A stretch of 56,790 nt of DNA, from NCBI GenBank assembly GCA_019057865.1, contig JAHLWP010000027.1, positions 1 through 56,790 on the forward strand, given 5' to 3'. Positions 18,670 to 28,844 of the stretch are shown piece after piece. The stretch's first letter is position 1. Every line of letters begins with the position of its first letter. The notes below the pieces were generated by a model. That model was not told the DNA's origin and ran no database searches. It worked only from the letters and a program-made list of their open reading frames with translations. The position numbers were made by a program, and so were the translations under genes. The stretch comes from Promethearchaeota archaeon. GTDB lineage: Archaea; Asgardarchaeota; Lokiarchaeia; Sigyniarchaeales; SOKP01.

Positions 18670-19421
18670 AATTCGATTACTTCACCAAATTGAACATCAT
18701 TTCGTTTCCAATAAAATTTTTTATCGGAAATAAAAATACGCTGTATTTTTTTAGATATTATTCTTTGGTTAATTCTTTTTATAAAATTAAATCCAATGTT
18801 AGATCTATCGAATAATATAATTCCATCCATAGCTATATCATAAAATAAAGTCCTAAAATTGTTTAATTCTTTTAATAGTATTGGATATTCTTGTAAAGAG
18901 CAATAAATTGGTCTATTATTTCCATCTTTCAACACAAGTCTCTTTTCAAGATCTACTAAAATGTTTGTTAAAGTTTTGTTTAAGTCTGATTTATTTGAAA
19001 TTTCATTTGAAAATATTAATAATAAATCAATATCGCTCTCATAAGTCCATTTTCCCCGGGTTACAGAACCATACAATATAACTGATATAATTTTGTTATT
19101 AAATTTTTCTTTTAAGAGAGAGATGTAAGTATATAAGTAATTTTTGAATATATATGGAACTCGATCATAATTCTCAAAGAAATTTTCTTCTTGGATAATT
19201 GCTTTCGCTTTTACAAGTATTCTCAATATTTTTTTTCCTCTTTCGGTTATCTGATATAATCCACTTTTTTGGATAAGTAACTTTTTTTCTAATAAGAACT
19301 TTAACCTTTCTGAGCGTGTTTTTTTGTTTTTAATAGATATATCAAGCGCCGTGAAGCTGGATTCCTCGTATACTTCTAATTGTTCTAATATTTTCAAACA
19401 ATAATCATCAATCAATTTCAT
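18666..19421 (-). CDS. Winged-HTH + minimal nucleotidyltransferase (MNT)
   Basis: N-terminal wHTH (YQITERGKKI) and ILYGSVTRG.....SDIDLL; ATGA overlap with the HEPN gene. Confidence 0.88.
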   Translation of the reverse strand: MKLIDDYCLKILEQLEVYEESSFTALDISIKNKKTRSERLKFLLEKKLLIQKSGLYQITERGKKILRILVKAKAIIQEENFFENYDRVPYIFKNYLYTYISLLKEKFNNKIISVILYGSVTRGKWTYESDIDLLLIFSNEISNKSDLNKTLTNILVDLEKRLVLKDGNNRPIYCSLQEYPILLKELNNFRTLFYDIAMDGIILFDRSNIGFNFIKRINQRIISKKIQRIFISDKKFYWKRNDVQFGEVIEL

Positions 19422-19580
19422 TAATATAATAATTGAAGTATAACTATTTATACCTTTGGTTCATATTTATATACTACCTGAAATTTAAATTTAAGAATTG
19501 GTAGAATAATTTGTTTATAACTACAATTAAATTTATTATAAATCACCAACATAAAGTTTTATTGATTATGGTGAAAAGGC

Positions 19581-20138
19581 ATGGAATATCGATTTTATAC
19601 TACTTTTTCTTCTCCATTTGGTACTTTTACTATAGTATGGAAAGAAACTGGCTCTGATTTACAAGTAATACGAATATTTCTAAGTAATCCTGAACTCAAA
19701 TCCGAAGTTAAAGCTCTGGAATCTTTCAAACAAATTAAATTAGGGTCCTCTTCATCAATTGAATTTCTTGGGGAGAAAATCCAACGGGTTTTTAAAGGTG
19801 AAAAGGTAGATTTTGATCTAGGGCTAATTGATTTTAATCAATGTTTTGACATTCAAAAGAAGGTACTTTTAGCTGAATATGCGATTCCAAGAGGATGGGT
19901 TAGCACCTATAAGCGAATTGCGGGTAAAATTGGTATACCTACAGGAGCCAGAGTCGTTGGAAACGCTCTTGCTAGAAATCCTTTCCCTATCATTATTCCT
20001 TGTCATAGAGCAATTAAAACAAATGGTGATCTTGGAGGATTTCAAGGCGGTATTAATATGAAACGTAGACTGTTAGAGTTAGAAGGAATAAAGTTTTCAG
20101 AGAGAGGAAAAGTCATTACTGATAGAATTTATTATTAA
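19581..20138 (+). CDS. ogt: Methylated-DNA-[protein]-cysteine S-methyltransferase
   Basis: ARVVGNALARNP.PIIIPCHR active-site motif. Confidence 0.95.
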   Translation: MEYRFYTTFSSPFGTFTIVWKETGSDLQVIRIFLSNPELKSEVKALESFKQIKLGSSSSIEFLGEKIQRVFKGEKVDFDLGLIDFNQCFDIQKKVLLAEYAIPRGWVSTYKRIAGKIGIPTGARVVGNALARNPFPIIIPCHRAIKTNGDLGGFQGGINMKRRLLELEGIKFSERGKVITDRIYY

Positions 20139-20242
20139 AAAAACAAAAAGATGAAAAAATTAAACAAAAAAATTGATTGGTCAATTTTAAAAGGTTTGAA
20201 TTAACTCTATTTATTATAAAAATTATTTAAAGAGTTATTAAA

Positions 20243-21274
20243 ATGATTGAAACAAATATCACCAAGATGTTTGGATTAAAACATCCAATTTTTAGTGCAC
20301 CAATGGGACCATTTTTCACACGTGAATTAGCACTTGCTGTCAGTGAAGCTGGTGGATTGGGTGTTATATCAAATGTTAATATAGTTGGAACGGATCCTGT
20401 AGAAGAACATAAAGCAAGCTTAGAATATATGATTGAGCATACAGATAAACCCTTTGGTCTTAACATTCTTACTTCTCGTAATAATAGGGGTGTTAGACAT
20501 ATGGTTAGGGAATTACCGAGGATAGTTATGAATAATCCAAAAATGAGAGATCAATGTAAATATTGGCTTACTTCTGCTGGTTCATCAAAAATATTACCTG
20601 CTTCAAAATATTTTCAAGAATTGCGGGAAAATTCGGAAGTAAAACACTTCCATGTAGCACCTGCCGTATGGTTAGCACAGAAATGTATGGATTCTGGAGT
20701 AGACGGAATAGTAGTTACTGGTACTGAAGGAGGTGGTCACCAATCTTATGAAAGAGTCACAACTCTCGTTTTACTACAGCAAATTAATAACACCTTTCCT
20801 GATTTACCCAAGATCGCATGTGGAGGATTCGCCACAGGAGAGGCTTTAGCAGCAGCTCTATCACTAGGCGCTGGGGCAATTGCCATGGGTTCACGATTTA
20901 TTGCTTCAAAACAAAGTGAGTTTCATGAAAAGTATAAAGCTTTAATACCACCAGGAACACCTCAAGATACAGGACTTTTTACTGGTGCATTTGGACCAAT
21001 TCGTCTATACAAGAATAAATATGCATTAGGACATCCTGCTCCTTCTTCTAAAGAAGAAATGATAGCATATGAAGAATCTATAACCCCAGAGCAACGGGTT
21101 CATGATTTAGGAGCATATGATAGGGTTTATAAAGGAGACATTGATACTGGTGCAGTTTTACTTGGACAATCAATTGGAATTATTAATAGTATTGAGGATG
21201 TCAACGATATTATTGAAAAAATAATTAAAGAAGCCGAAGTCGTAATAAAAAATAACTATTCAATGATAAGATAA
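20243..21274 (+). CDS. Nitronate monooxygenase / FabK-like flavoprotein
   Basis: PIFSAPM, AVSEAGGLG, GTEGGGH, ALSLGAGAIAMGSRF. Confidence 0.9.
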   Translation: MIETNITKMFGLKHPIFSAPMGPFFTRELALAVSEAGGLGVISNVNIVGTDPVEEHKASLEYMIEHTDKPFGLNILTSRNNRGVRHMVRELPRIVMNNPKMRDQCKYWLTSAGSSKILPASKYFQELRENSEVKHFHVAPAVWLAQKCMDSGVDGIVVTGTEGGGHQSYERVTTLVLLQQINNTFPDLPKIACGGFATGEALAAALSLGAGAIAMGSRFIASKQSEFHEKYKALIPPGTPQDTGLFTGAFGPIRLYKNKYALGHPAPSSKEEMIAYEESITPEQRVHDLGAYDRVYKGDIDTGAVLLGQSIGIINSIEDVNDIIEKIIKEAEVVIKNNYSMIR

Positions 21275-21293
21275 TAAAAAATAATAATACGAA

Positions 21294-22016
21294 ATGAATG
21301 GGAAAAGTGATTCAAGAAAATTGGAAAAGTCAAACAAGATTGGGATTTTAGGTGGAATGTCCTATGAATCCACTATTAAATATTATGATTTAATTCTTCA
21401 GAAATATTATGAGAAATATAATGATTACAATTATCCTGAAGTAATTATTTTCAGTTTGAATTTCCAGAAATTAATTGATTATGAACTAGGTGTTGAGAGA
21501 ATTAAATACGTAGACTATCTTATGACTGGGATTAAATCATTAGAAAATGCTGGATCAAGTTTTATAATCATGGCAGCAAATTCGCCACATGCTGTATATA
21601 AAGATTTGGAGAAATTATCAAAAATTCCCATTTTAAGTATTGTAGAAGCTACTATGGGTAAGGCAAAACAACTAAACATGAAGAAATTACTACTTTTAGG
21701 TATAAAATTTACAATGCAATCCACATTCTATCAAAATTATGGCAAAAATTTAGGCTTGAAAGTGATAACCCCTTCAAATGAAGAACAAGATGAAATTGAT
21801 AAGATTATTTTTGATGAGTTAGTGATTGGTTTTTTTAAACAGGAATCCAAGAGGGAATTACTTCGTATTATTAATAATTACAAAGTAGACGGAGTAATAT
21901 TAGGTTGTACTGAATTACCTCTTATCTTAAATCAAAGAGACACAAAAGCAAAGTTGCTTGATACTGTAGAACTTCATACGGAAGCAGCCTTAAAATATTA
22001 TTTATCATTGAAATAG
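21294..22016 (+). CDS. Aspartate/glutamate racemase family protein
   Basis: IGILGGMSYESTIKYY and VILGCTELP. Confidence 0.9.
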   Translation: MNGKSDSRKLEKSNKIGILGGMSYESTIKYYDLILQKYYEKYNDYNYPEVIIFSLNFQKLIDYELGVERIKYVDYLMTGIKSLENAGSSFIIMAANSPHAVYKDLEKLSKIPILSIVEATMGKAKQLNMKKLLLLGIKFTMQSTFYQNYGKNLGLKVITPSNEEQDEIDKIIFDELVIGFFKQESKRELLRIINNYKVDGVILGCTELPLILNQRDTKAKLLDTVELHTEAALKYYLSLK

Positions 22017-22076
22017 TTGTTTGTAAATTTTTTTAACTTTCAAATGCTATTTATAATAATTAAGATTAAGTGGTAA

Positions 22077-24359
22077 TTGCTTATCGGACGATTTAAACTT
22101 ACAACAGTAAAATTCAAAGATCTTGCTCCAATTGTATTAGTAATGTTATTGTTATTCGTCTCAATAGCATGTGCTAATATGCTTATTCCTAGTTATGCTG
22201 CGATTAGACAAGAGTTTAATATTCCAGAAGCATTAATTGCAATTCCAGATGCTTTCTTTGTATTAATTAGTGCTTTTTTTGCATTACTTTGGGGGTATTG
22301 GGCAGATAAAATTGATAGAGGGAAAGTACTATTGGCAGGAGCATTTTCATGGACTCTCGGAATGCTTCTAACAGCGTTTTCTACTTCATATTTAATGTTA
22401 ATAATTTCAAGAGTATCAAGTGGAGCAGGATTAGGATGTGTTTTGCCGGTTGGTTATTCAATTATTTCAGATGCAATTCCTGCTGAAGAAAGATCTGGTT
22501 GGTTTGGAACTCTTGCAATTTTAAGTTCCATTTCTAATGGTGCTGGTCAAGGACTATCTTCCTTTCTAGGACCAATGTTAACTTGGAGATTTCCATTTCT
22601 TTTACTTTCAGGAATAAGTGTAATTGTAATTATTTTACTTTTTTTTGTAAAAATCCCTCAAAGAGGAGCAGGTGAAGATGAACTTCTAGATTTAGTTGAG
22701 CTGGATTTAGAATATAGTTATCGAATTTCTAAAGAGGATTTAGGTGCTATTGTAAAAAAGAAAACAAATCTCTATTTAATAATTCAAGGTTTTTTCTCTA
22801 TTATCCCTGGTACTGTTCTTGTGTATTTTATAACTTCGATGTTAGTAACTGATTTTTTTAATGATATACCAAATGAAATACAACTGCAAACAGCTACGAT
22901 CTTTGCAGGAATGATTGGTGTTGGGTATATTCTTGGTAATGCGGTGTTTGCTCGTTTAGGAGACATCCTATTTCGGAAAAATAAAAAAAATAGAGCTAGG
23001 TTAGCTACTTTATGTTTAATACTTTCAATTCCTTTTGCAATAATTTTGCTTCTTTCGTTACAACCTATTAGTACAAATAAATTGAATATTGCTTATCCTA
23101 TACCTCCTGATTCAATCCCCACAGATCAGTTATGGGCCTATATCTTTCGAACTATTGGAGCGATATTTGTTGCATATCCAACTTATATTATCTTCTTTAT
23201 ATTTGCCTTAATAGCTTCAATGTTAGGGGCAGGGCCTGTTGCAAATCGGAATGCTGTTATGATTGATGTTAATATGCCAGAACATAAAGGTACTGCGGCT
23301 TCTTTCTTTAAGCTTTCTGAACAAATAAGTAAAGGTGTAACACTTTTAATATCATTTACTCTTATCTCATTACTAGGAAGTATTTTCAATATGATCTTTA
23401 TTACTATATTTTTTTGGTTTCCGGCAGCAATATTATGGTTTTTTGCTAGTAGAAACGTAGAAAAAGATATGAATCAAAAAGCTATGATCCTTTCTGAAAG
23501 AAAGCAAATCAGTTTAATTGATCATATCTTTGAATTAGAAATTCAAATAGACAGAGCAATTCAGAAAGTACAAGATTCAAAATATTATATATTAATTGAT
23601 AATGAGAAATTTAGTCGACTATTAAGAGATGCAATTATTATTTTTAAGTTCTGTGAGCGAGAAGGAGAATCCCGAAGTATTACCAATATTGAAGAAAAAG
23701 CTCATATTATGAAATTAAGAACCTTATTATTCTTACAAGAGACAAATAAAATATACAGACAATTAAATGAAGAGGATTTATCTCCTTCTGAAAAAGAACA
23801 ATTACAAGAAGGTTTAAAGCAGATATCTCTAAGAATTAGTGAGGGCGAAAAAAGTACTTATGGAATGATTCAAACTTATTATGAAGATGCCTACCTTAAA
23901 ATTCTTGAGGCAAGACTTAATCGCAAGAACCATATAATAAGAGGATTAGGTAAGATTTTAGAAGCAATAAGTATCTATGAAAGAGTTAAATACTTACTAA
24001 ACGAAAGGATTGAAACAGTAAAAGAAAAAAATGATTTATCAGAAGAGGATTCCTTAGTTTTACAAAAAGAACAGGAATTATTAGATAAATGTTTAAAATC
24101 ACTAAGAGCAACTATCAAATTAAAGGAAGAAATTGAAAATGCATTTGAGCAGTTAAGAGTCAAAGGCGTTGATAAGATAGATTTATTAAAGATTTCTGAA
24201 CTGACTCAGGAATTTAATGTGGATCTCTATGATGTGATTGTTGATACGTTTAGAAGTGATAATAAAACTAAAAATGTCTTAATTGAAGTTCTAAACAATA
24301 TAGATAACATATTTATTGAATACGATAAGTGGAGAGAAGTTGATCTTAAGGTTTTCTAA
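22077..24359 (+). CDS. MFS transporter with a long soluble C-terminal helical extension
   Basis: Motif A WGYWADKIDRGK and about 12 TM segments, followed by roughly 300 hydrophilic residues. Confidence 0.88.
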   Translation: MLIGRFKLTTVKFKDLAPIVLVMLLLFVSIACANMLIPSYAAIRQEFNIPEALIAIPDAFFVLISAFFALLWGYWADKIDRGKVLLAGAFSWTLGMLLTAFSTSYLMLIISRVSSGAGLGCVLPVGYSIISDAIPAEERSGWFGTLAILSSISNGAGQGLSSFLGPMLTWRFPFLLLSGISVIVIILLFFVKIPQRGAGEDELLDLVELDLEYSYRISKEDLGAIVKKKTNLYLIIQGFFSIIPGTVLVYFITSMLVTDFFNDIPNEIQLQTATIFAGMIGVGYILGNAVFARLGDILFRKNKKNRARLATLCLILSIPFAIILLLSLQPISTNKLNIAYPIPPDSIPTDQLWAYIFRTIGAIFVAYPTYIIFFIFALIASMLGAGPVANRNAVMIDVNMPEHKGTAASFFKLSEQISKGVTLLISFTLISLLGSIFNMIFITIFFWFPAAILWFFASRNVEKDMNQKAMILSERKQISLIDHIFELEIQIDRAIQKVQDSKYYILIDNEKFSRLLRDAIIIFKFCEREGESRSITNIEEKAHIMKLRTLLFLQETNKIYRQLNEEDLSPSEKEQLQEGLKQISLRISEGEKSTYGMIQTYYEDAYLKILEARLNRKNHIIRGLGKILEAISIYERVKYLLNERIETVKEKNDLSEEDSLVLQKEQELLDKCLKSLRATIKLKEEIENAFEQLRVKGVDKIDLLKISELTQEFNVDLYDVIVDTFRSDNKTKNVLIEVLNNIDNIFIEYDKWREVDLKVF

Positions 24360-24380
24360 TATTATTAACTTCTTCTATTA

Positions 24381-24647
24381 TTAGTTATTAAACTCACTTT
24401 TTAATAAATTACACATATAATTTTTTTCTTCCCTTGAAAGCTGATGGACTATTTTACCTTTTTTATTAAAATTATCTGGACAACCAAGATCAAAGCTTAA
24501 GTTAATTAATAATAAGAGACAATCTCTAATTTTTAAAATATTTGACGAATTTTCCTTGAGATCCCTCATTAACTTAATTAAAATAAAATATTTTGTATCT
24601 TCGCTATTATCATAGATTTCCAAAATCTTTTTGATACAGTCTGCCAT
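24381..24647 (-). CDS. Hypothetical protein
   Basis: 88-aa ATG ORF. Confidence 0.6.
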   Translation of the reverse strand: MADCIKKILEIYDNSEDTKYFILIKLMRDLKENSSNILKIRDCLLLLINLSFDLGCPDNFNKKGKIVHQLSREEKNYMCNLLKSEFNN

Positions 24648-24880
24648 TTTTAACTGTAGTTAATCCTATAATTAATATCACTTATAGAGAGATCTCAATG
24701 ACTTACATAAAGAAATACATTTATATAAGTATCTATTTTCTTTTTTTTCCTATGAGAAATGGAGGTTTTCTCTTTTTTCCTATGAAAAAGAGAATTAAAA
24801 TTTGAATTAGTAAACTTATAATTAGTTGATCATCAATTTAACTAAAAAATGTATTTTTTTCCCTTTTATGAAAGTACAGA

Positions 24881-25429
24881 TTAAACTTCTATGCTTTGGA
24901 CAAATTGTTCTATTTCTTGTTCCAAATCTATAAGATCTTTAATTGAGATAATATCAGAACTAGCAAGTTTATTTAAAAATTCTTTGAAGAGTTTTTCTTT
25001 AGCTTTATCTGTCGGAAATAACAAACTGGACTTGTAATGCTCCCAATCGAGGATATTGGTAAACACCAAGAATAAAATCTCGATGTGGCTATACTCAACT
25101 AACCCTTTTAATTTTTCTTTAGTTATTAAAATTTTAGTATGATCCTTATAAAAATCAGATAAATCGTCATAATAATTTGTAAGTCGGGCAATATTATCGA
25201 GCTGAGCACGTAATGCTGCTTGATTTATGGGACTTTCTTCGTCCCTATACATTATTTCAAAGTACTTCATAATGAAATCTTTTAATTTTTGTAGTTTAGT
25301 TTGGAAGACTCGGGTTTTAACGATTCGCTCAAACATCGGACTCTCTTTATCTTTATAGAAATTCAATTCAAACTTCAATATTGATAATATATCAAAGAAT
25401 AACTCACGGATATTAATATCTTCAGCCAA
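24881..25429 (-). CDS. Hypothetical helical protein
   Basis: 182-aa ORF, TTG start with GGGTG upstream. Confidence 0.7.
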   Translation of the reverse strand: MAEDINIRELFFDILSILKFELNFYKDKESPMFERIVKTRVFQTKLQKLKDFIMKYFEIMYRDEESPINQAALRAQLDNIARLTNYYDDLSDFYKDHTKILITKEKLKGLVEYSHIEILFLVFTNILDWEHYKSSLLFPTDKAKEKLFKEFLNKLASSDIISIKDLIDLEQEIEQFVQSIEV

Positions 25430-25567
25430 TTATGAAGCACCCTATTTTTCTATTATGCCTTGTTAAATTAAAATATGAATTATAAATATAAAAATCTACT
25501 ATTTATAGAATTCTATATTAATTAAAATATTTTTTTTTTTTCTCTCATGAAGTCTTATCATGTATTT

Positions 25568-26572
25568 TTAAAAATTTAACGGAAAAGTACGTTCATCTAC
25601 TATAGGTCTAAAATGCTTAGGAGCAGTTCGGAATTGTTCTTTTCTTCTTACTGTCTTTTTGAATAAAATTGCTTTAGTATGAATTTTCACAATCCTAATA
25701 GGGCATTTAATCATAAACTTTAGTGCCTTACGAGGAGACCTCCTCAATAGAAGAAATTCAGAAAAAAATCTTTTTGCTCTTTTTTGGTGCCTTGGTTTTT
25801 CAAAAGAGATAAAACGTTCAGTAATTTTATCTAGACTTTTTGAATCTCTAAAACAATAAAAGTTTGAAGCTCTTAATGACCATTTAATTGCTTCTAATTG
25901 ATATTTTGTAGGATCAAGATTTTTAAAGAGTGATATTCCCATAGAAAAAATAGATATCATTAAATTCATAATTGTACTTCTAATCATTTCTAAAAAAGTA
26001 ATATGGATTTTTGGTCTAATCTTATTTCGTAAATCTTCTCCATATAAAATAGTACTATTTAAAAGTACATTACCTAAAACAATGTTGCGAGGAGCAATAA
26101 TGCTTGAAAATACTTTATTAACCCGAAAGATTTTATGAAAAGTTGCCTGTTCCCAATATCTTCTTTTAGTTAAAAAGTGACTCATGAACATTCCTGTTGT
26201 TTGCTGAATTACTCCCAAAATTTTATTTATGAGCTTTGAATCATATTCTCTAAAATTATGTTTAATTTCTAAGAACATAAAATATCTTTCAATTTCTTTA
26301 ATATGTCTATTAGAAACTCTATCTTTAAAAATAAGGAGTAAATCGCAATCTGAAATTTTTGTATTATCTTTCTCTTTTGATCTTTGGCTTCCAAATAATA
26401 CAATTGACAGAATTTTATTAATTCCAATTTCCTTGTTAACTAGAGTTATGATATCCTTAATATAATTACGGGATTGTAAGTTTACTTCCTTTAAATTATC
26501 AGAAATTTTGTCTTTTATCTTATTATTAATTTCTATTATGCTATGGTCCTCAGAGAAAACGTCATTCGCCAT
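25568..26572 (-). CDS. Nucleotidyltransferase-domain protein (Pol-beta superfamily)
   Basis: IVLFGSQ...SDCDLLLI followed by a helical C-terminal domain. Confidence 0.75.
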   Translation of the reverse strand: MANDVFSEDHSIIEINNKIKDKISDNLKEVNLQSRNYIKDIITLVNKEIGINKILSIVLFGSQRSKEKDNTKISDCDLLLIFKDRVSNRHIKEIERYFMFLEIKHNFREYDSKLINKILGVIQQTTGMFMSHFLTKRRYWEQATFHKIFRVNKVFSSIIAPRNIVLGNVLLNSTILYGEDLRNKIRPKIHITFLEMIRSTIMNLMISIFSMGISLFKNLDPTKYQLEAIKWSLRASNFYCFRDSKSLDKITERFISFEKPRHQKRAKRFFSEFLLLRRSPRKALKFMIKCPIRIVKIHTKAILFKKTVRRKEQFRTAPKHFRPIVDERTFPLNF

Positions 26573-26703
26573 TTTGAAAGGGTTTAATAAACAGATTTGT
26601 ATTATTTTGATTTAATTTTATAATAAATTTATTTTATTAAAAACTTGTTTAAAAAAAATTAGCATCTAATTTTTCAAAACTGGTAGCAGTGTTTATAGAA
26701 TAT

Positions 26704-27498
26704 CTAACGAAAATAAGAATCTGGGCCTCTATCTTCTCGCATTCCCTTCATAAAATGATCTGCTTGTTTTTTGAATGAATCTAAGATACTCTCCATTTCT
26801 TTTATCTTTTCATTAAGTTTACTAAAATCCATATCTATTGAAAAGTAATCCTTTATTAAAGTTACTAAAGCTTTAGAAGAACGAGGGTCTAGAGTCATCA
26901 TTGGTAATGGTAATGTTTCAGCTAATAAACAGACTCCTGGAGCAAAACCTTTATTACCTGCATATGCAGGTAAGATTCCATTAGCACCAGCAATTATTCC
27001 ACCTTCCATCAATTTAGTATTTTCAAACTTTAAGAATGATTGTACAAGATCTTGATCAGTACCACATATATGTATTTTTGGTATATCCTTAACTATATCA
27101 GAGATCATTGCTCCTGTACTCACATACATCTGGATTTTCCCATTAGTAATTCCATGCATTTCTTCACAAAATCTTTTGGAAAATTCATAAACTCCTTGTG
27201 GATCCTGAGGCTGATAATTTGCTGTTAAAATAAAAATATCATTACCTTTATCTTTATCAGTTGATTTATAATATAACTTAGCAGTAGGAATTTCTAAGTT
27301 TCCTTTTTCAACATTAGCTTTGGCAGGAAAGTTGAAACATTCAATACTCAAAAATTCTTTAGCTTTGATAGAATCAACTATAGATGTAATTGCCAGTTTT
27401 CCGACAAGAGCAATACCAGGGAATCCTATCAATACTACTGGGCTATTTAAATCTTCTACTTTTAAATCAAATTTTTTTTCAATATTTATTATGAACAT
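26704..27498 (-). CDS. PAC2 family proteasome assembly chaperone
   Basis: IGFPGIALVGKLA, GIIAGANG, CLLAET, DPRSS. Confidence 0.9.
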   Translation of the reverse strand: MFIINIEKKFDLKVEDLNSPVVLIGFPGIALVGKLAITSIVDSIKAKEFLSIECFNFPAKANVEKGNLEIPTAKLYYKSTDKDKGNDIFILTANYQPQDPQGVYEFSKRFCEEMHGITNGKIQMYVSTGAMISDIVKDIPKIHICGTDQDLVQSFLKFENTKLMEGGIIAGANGILPAYAGNKGFAPGVCLLAETLPLPMMTLDPRSSKALVTLIKDYFSIDMDFSKLNEKIKEMESILDSFKKQADHFMKGMREDRGPDSYFR

Positions 27499-27611
27499 AT
27501 AAATTTCTTCAAGCTATAATTATAATACGAAGAAAAAAGAGAAATTCTAAAAACATCTCACTTTACTTCAATATTAGGATTCTTATTAATTATCGTTCAA
27601 TAAATCACAAA

Positions 27612-28703
27612 TCATTGTTCATTAATAAATGAAATGTCTTCTCCACACTTTGGACAAAATTTTTTAGGTCGTTCTATATGATACCCACAAAATGGACAAT
27701 ATAACCCCTCTTTTAATGGTATTCCATATGAGGGCACTTCTTCATAAGATTCAGGTGAATCAACTTTAAGCGGTCTGTAAGGTTCTTGATAACCTATACT
27801 TACTGGACGAGCTTCTCTCCTATAATCATATCCCAAGTCTTTCTGTGCTTTTAACGTAGCGAATAGTGAGGTTAATAAACAAATAAATAATGGAGCAAAT
27901 ATAATATCAACAAAACTATAGAGAATTTTATAAAGAATTATCATCCCAAAATTTCTCGTTGCAGGATCGTACCAAGAATTATAATTATATGAAAATGTTG
28001 CTGAATCAACATTAATGATAAAATCGATAATTGAAGTATATATGACATTTATACTTGCTAAAATAATGAAATTAATTACAAAAACTCCAATTAATTTCCA
28101 AAATGCTCCTTTAGAAATAAAGCGTGCCTTTGAAATTGGATTATTATTATCTTTCATATTATAAGTATATATTAAAAAAATATAGAAAGCATATATGATA
28201 ACGGCAGGGATAAAAAATAAAAAAGTTCCAATAGGTATAAATATCCCTATTATAAGAATAACTAATAGTATCTTTTTATTAAATGAACTCTTAAAAGAAG
28301 ATGCAAAATCTACTTCTCCTTGTACGTATTTTTTATAAAGAAAAGTACTAACAGAACACATAGCGATTGTTGTAATTATTCCTCCAACACCCATTCCTGA
28401 AATTAAGTTATTTAGAAATATCAAAGCAAAGTACATTAGTAGATATTTTACTAAAAGGTTCCATTCAGATTCAGTCAGATCAGGTTTCTCCATTATTTCA
28501 CTAACAGATATGTCTAATGTGTTAACATTCCACTCAAGATCAGTTAATAAAAAGACTTGTAAGAGAATAGAAATAATCGAAAACATCATAAGAGGTAAAA
28601 ATATATATCCGTAACTGTTAACGAACAATTTAAAGCCCTCTCTAAGAACTTCACTAAACCTTTTATTTGCTAAAATTGCTAATCTTTGCTGATCCACTTC
28701 CAT
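27612..28703 (-). CDS. Membrane protein with a C-terminal zinc ribbon
   Basis: Several TM segments, then YCPFCG...KFCPKCG. Confidence 0.85.
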   Translation of the reverse strand: MEVDQQRLAILANKRFSEVLREGFKLFVNSYGYIFLPLMMFSIISILLQVFLLTDLEWNVNTLDISVSEIMEKPDLTESEWNLLVKYLLMYFALIFLNNLISGMGVGGIITTIAMCSVSTFLYKKYVQGEVDFASSFKSSFNKKILLVILIIGIFIPIGTFLFFIPAVIIYAFYIFLIYTYNMKDNNNPISKARFISKGAFWKLIGVFVINFIILASINVIYTSIIDFIINVDSATFSYNYNSWYDPATRNFGMIILYKILYSFVDIIFAPLFICLLTSLFATLKAQKDLGYDYRREARPVSIGYQEPYRPLKVDSPESYEEVPSYGIPLKEGLYCPFCGYHIERPKKFCPKCGEDISFINEQ

Positions 28704-28844
28704 ATTTAACTAAAGAACTCTTGGATTAAAAAATTATTTATAATTTATTAAAAAAAGTTATAATTGTTTGATTCAATTATTAAAATTGAGGTATTGATGT
28801 CTATTAAAATATCTTCTTAAAATAAAGTTTCGATTTAAATTTCA

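Larger units (their letters stand above)
560..19421. mobile_element. Eroded genomic/defence island
   Basis: Broken tRNA at the left edge, a dense set of defence-type genes and gene fragments, long AT-rich gaps, and a probably truncated HEPN gene near the right edge. No integrase or transposase is recognisable, so the boundaries are inferred. Confidence 0.55.

Noticed and set aside
560-19421. Intact provirus or autonomous transposon
   Set aside because: No integrase, transposase, capsid, terminase or replication gene could be recognised, and I found no second att copy in the window.
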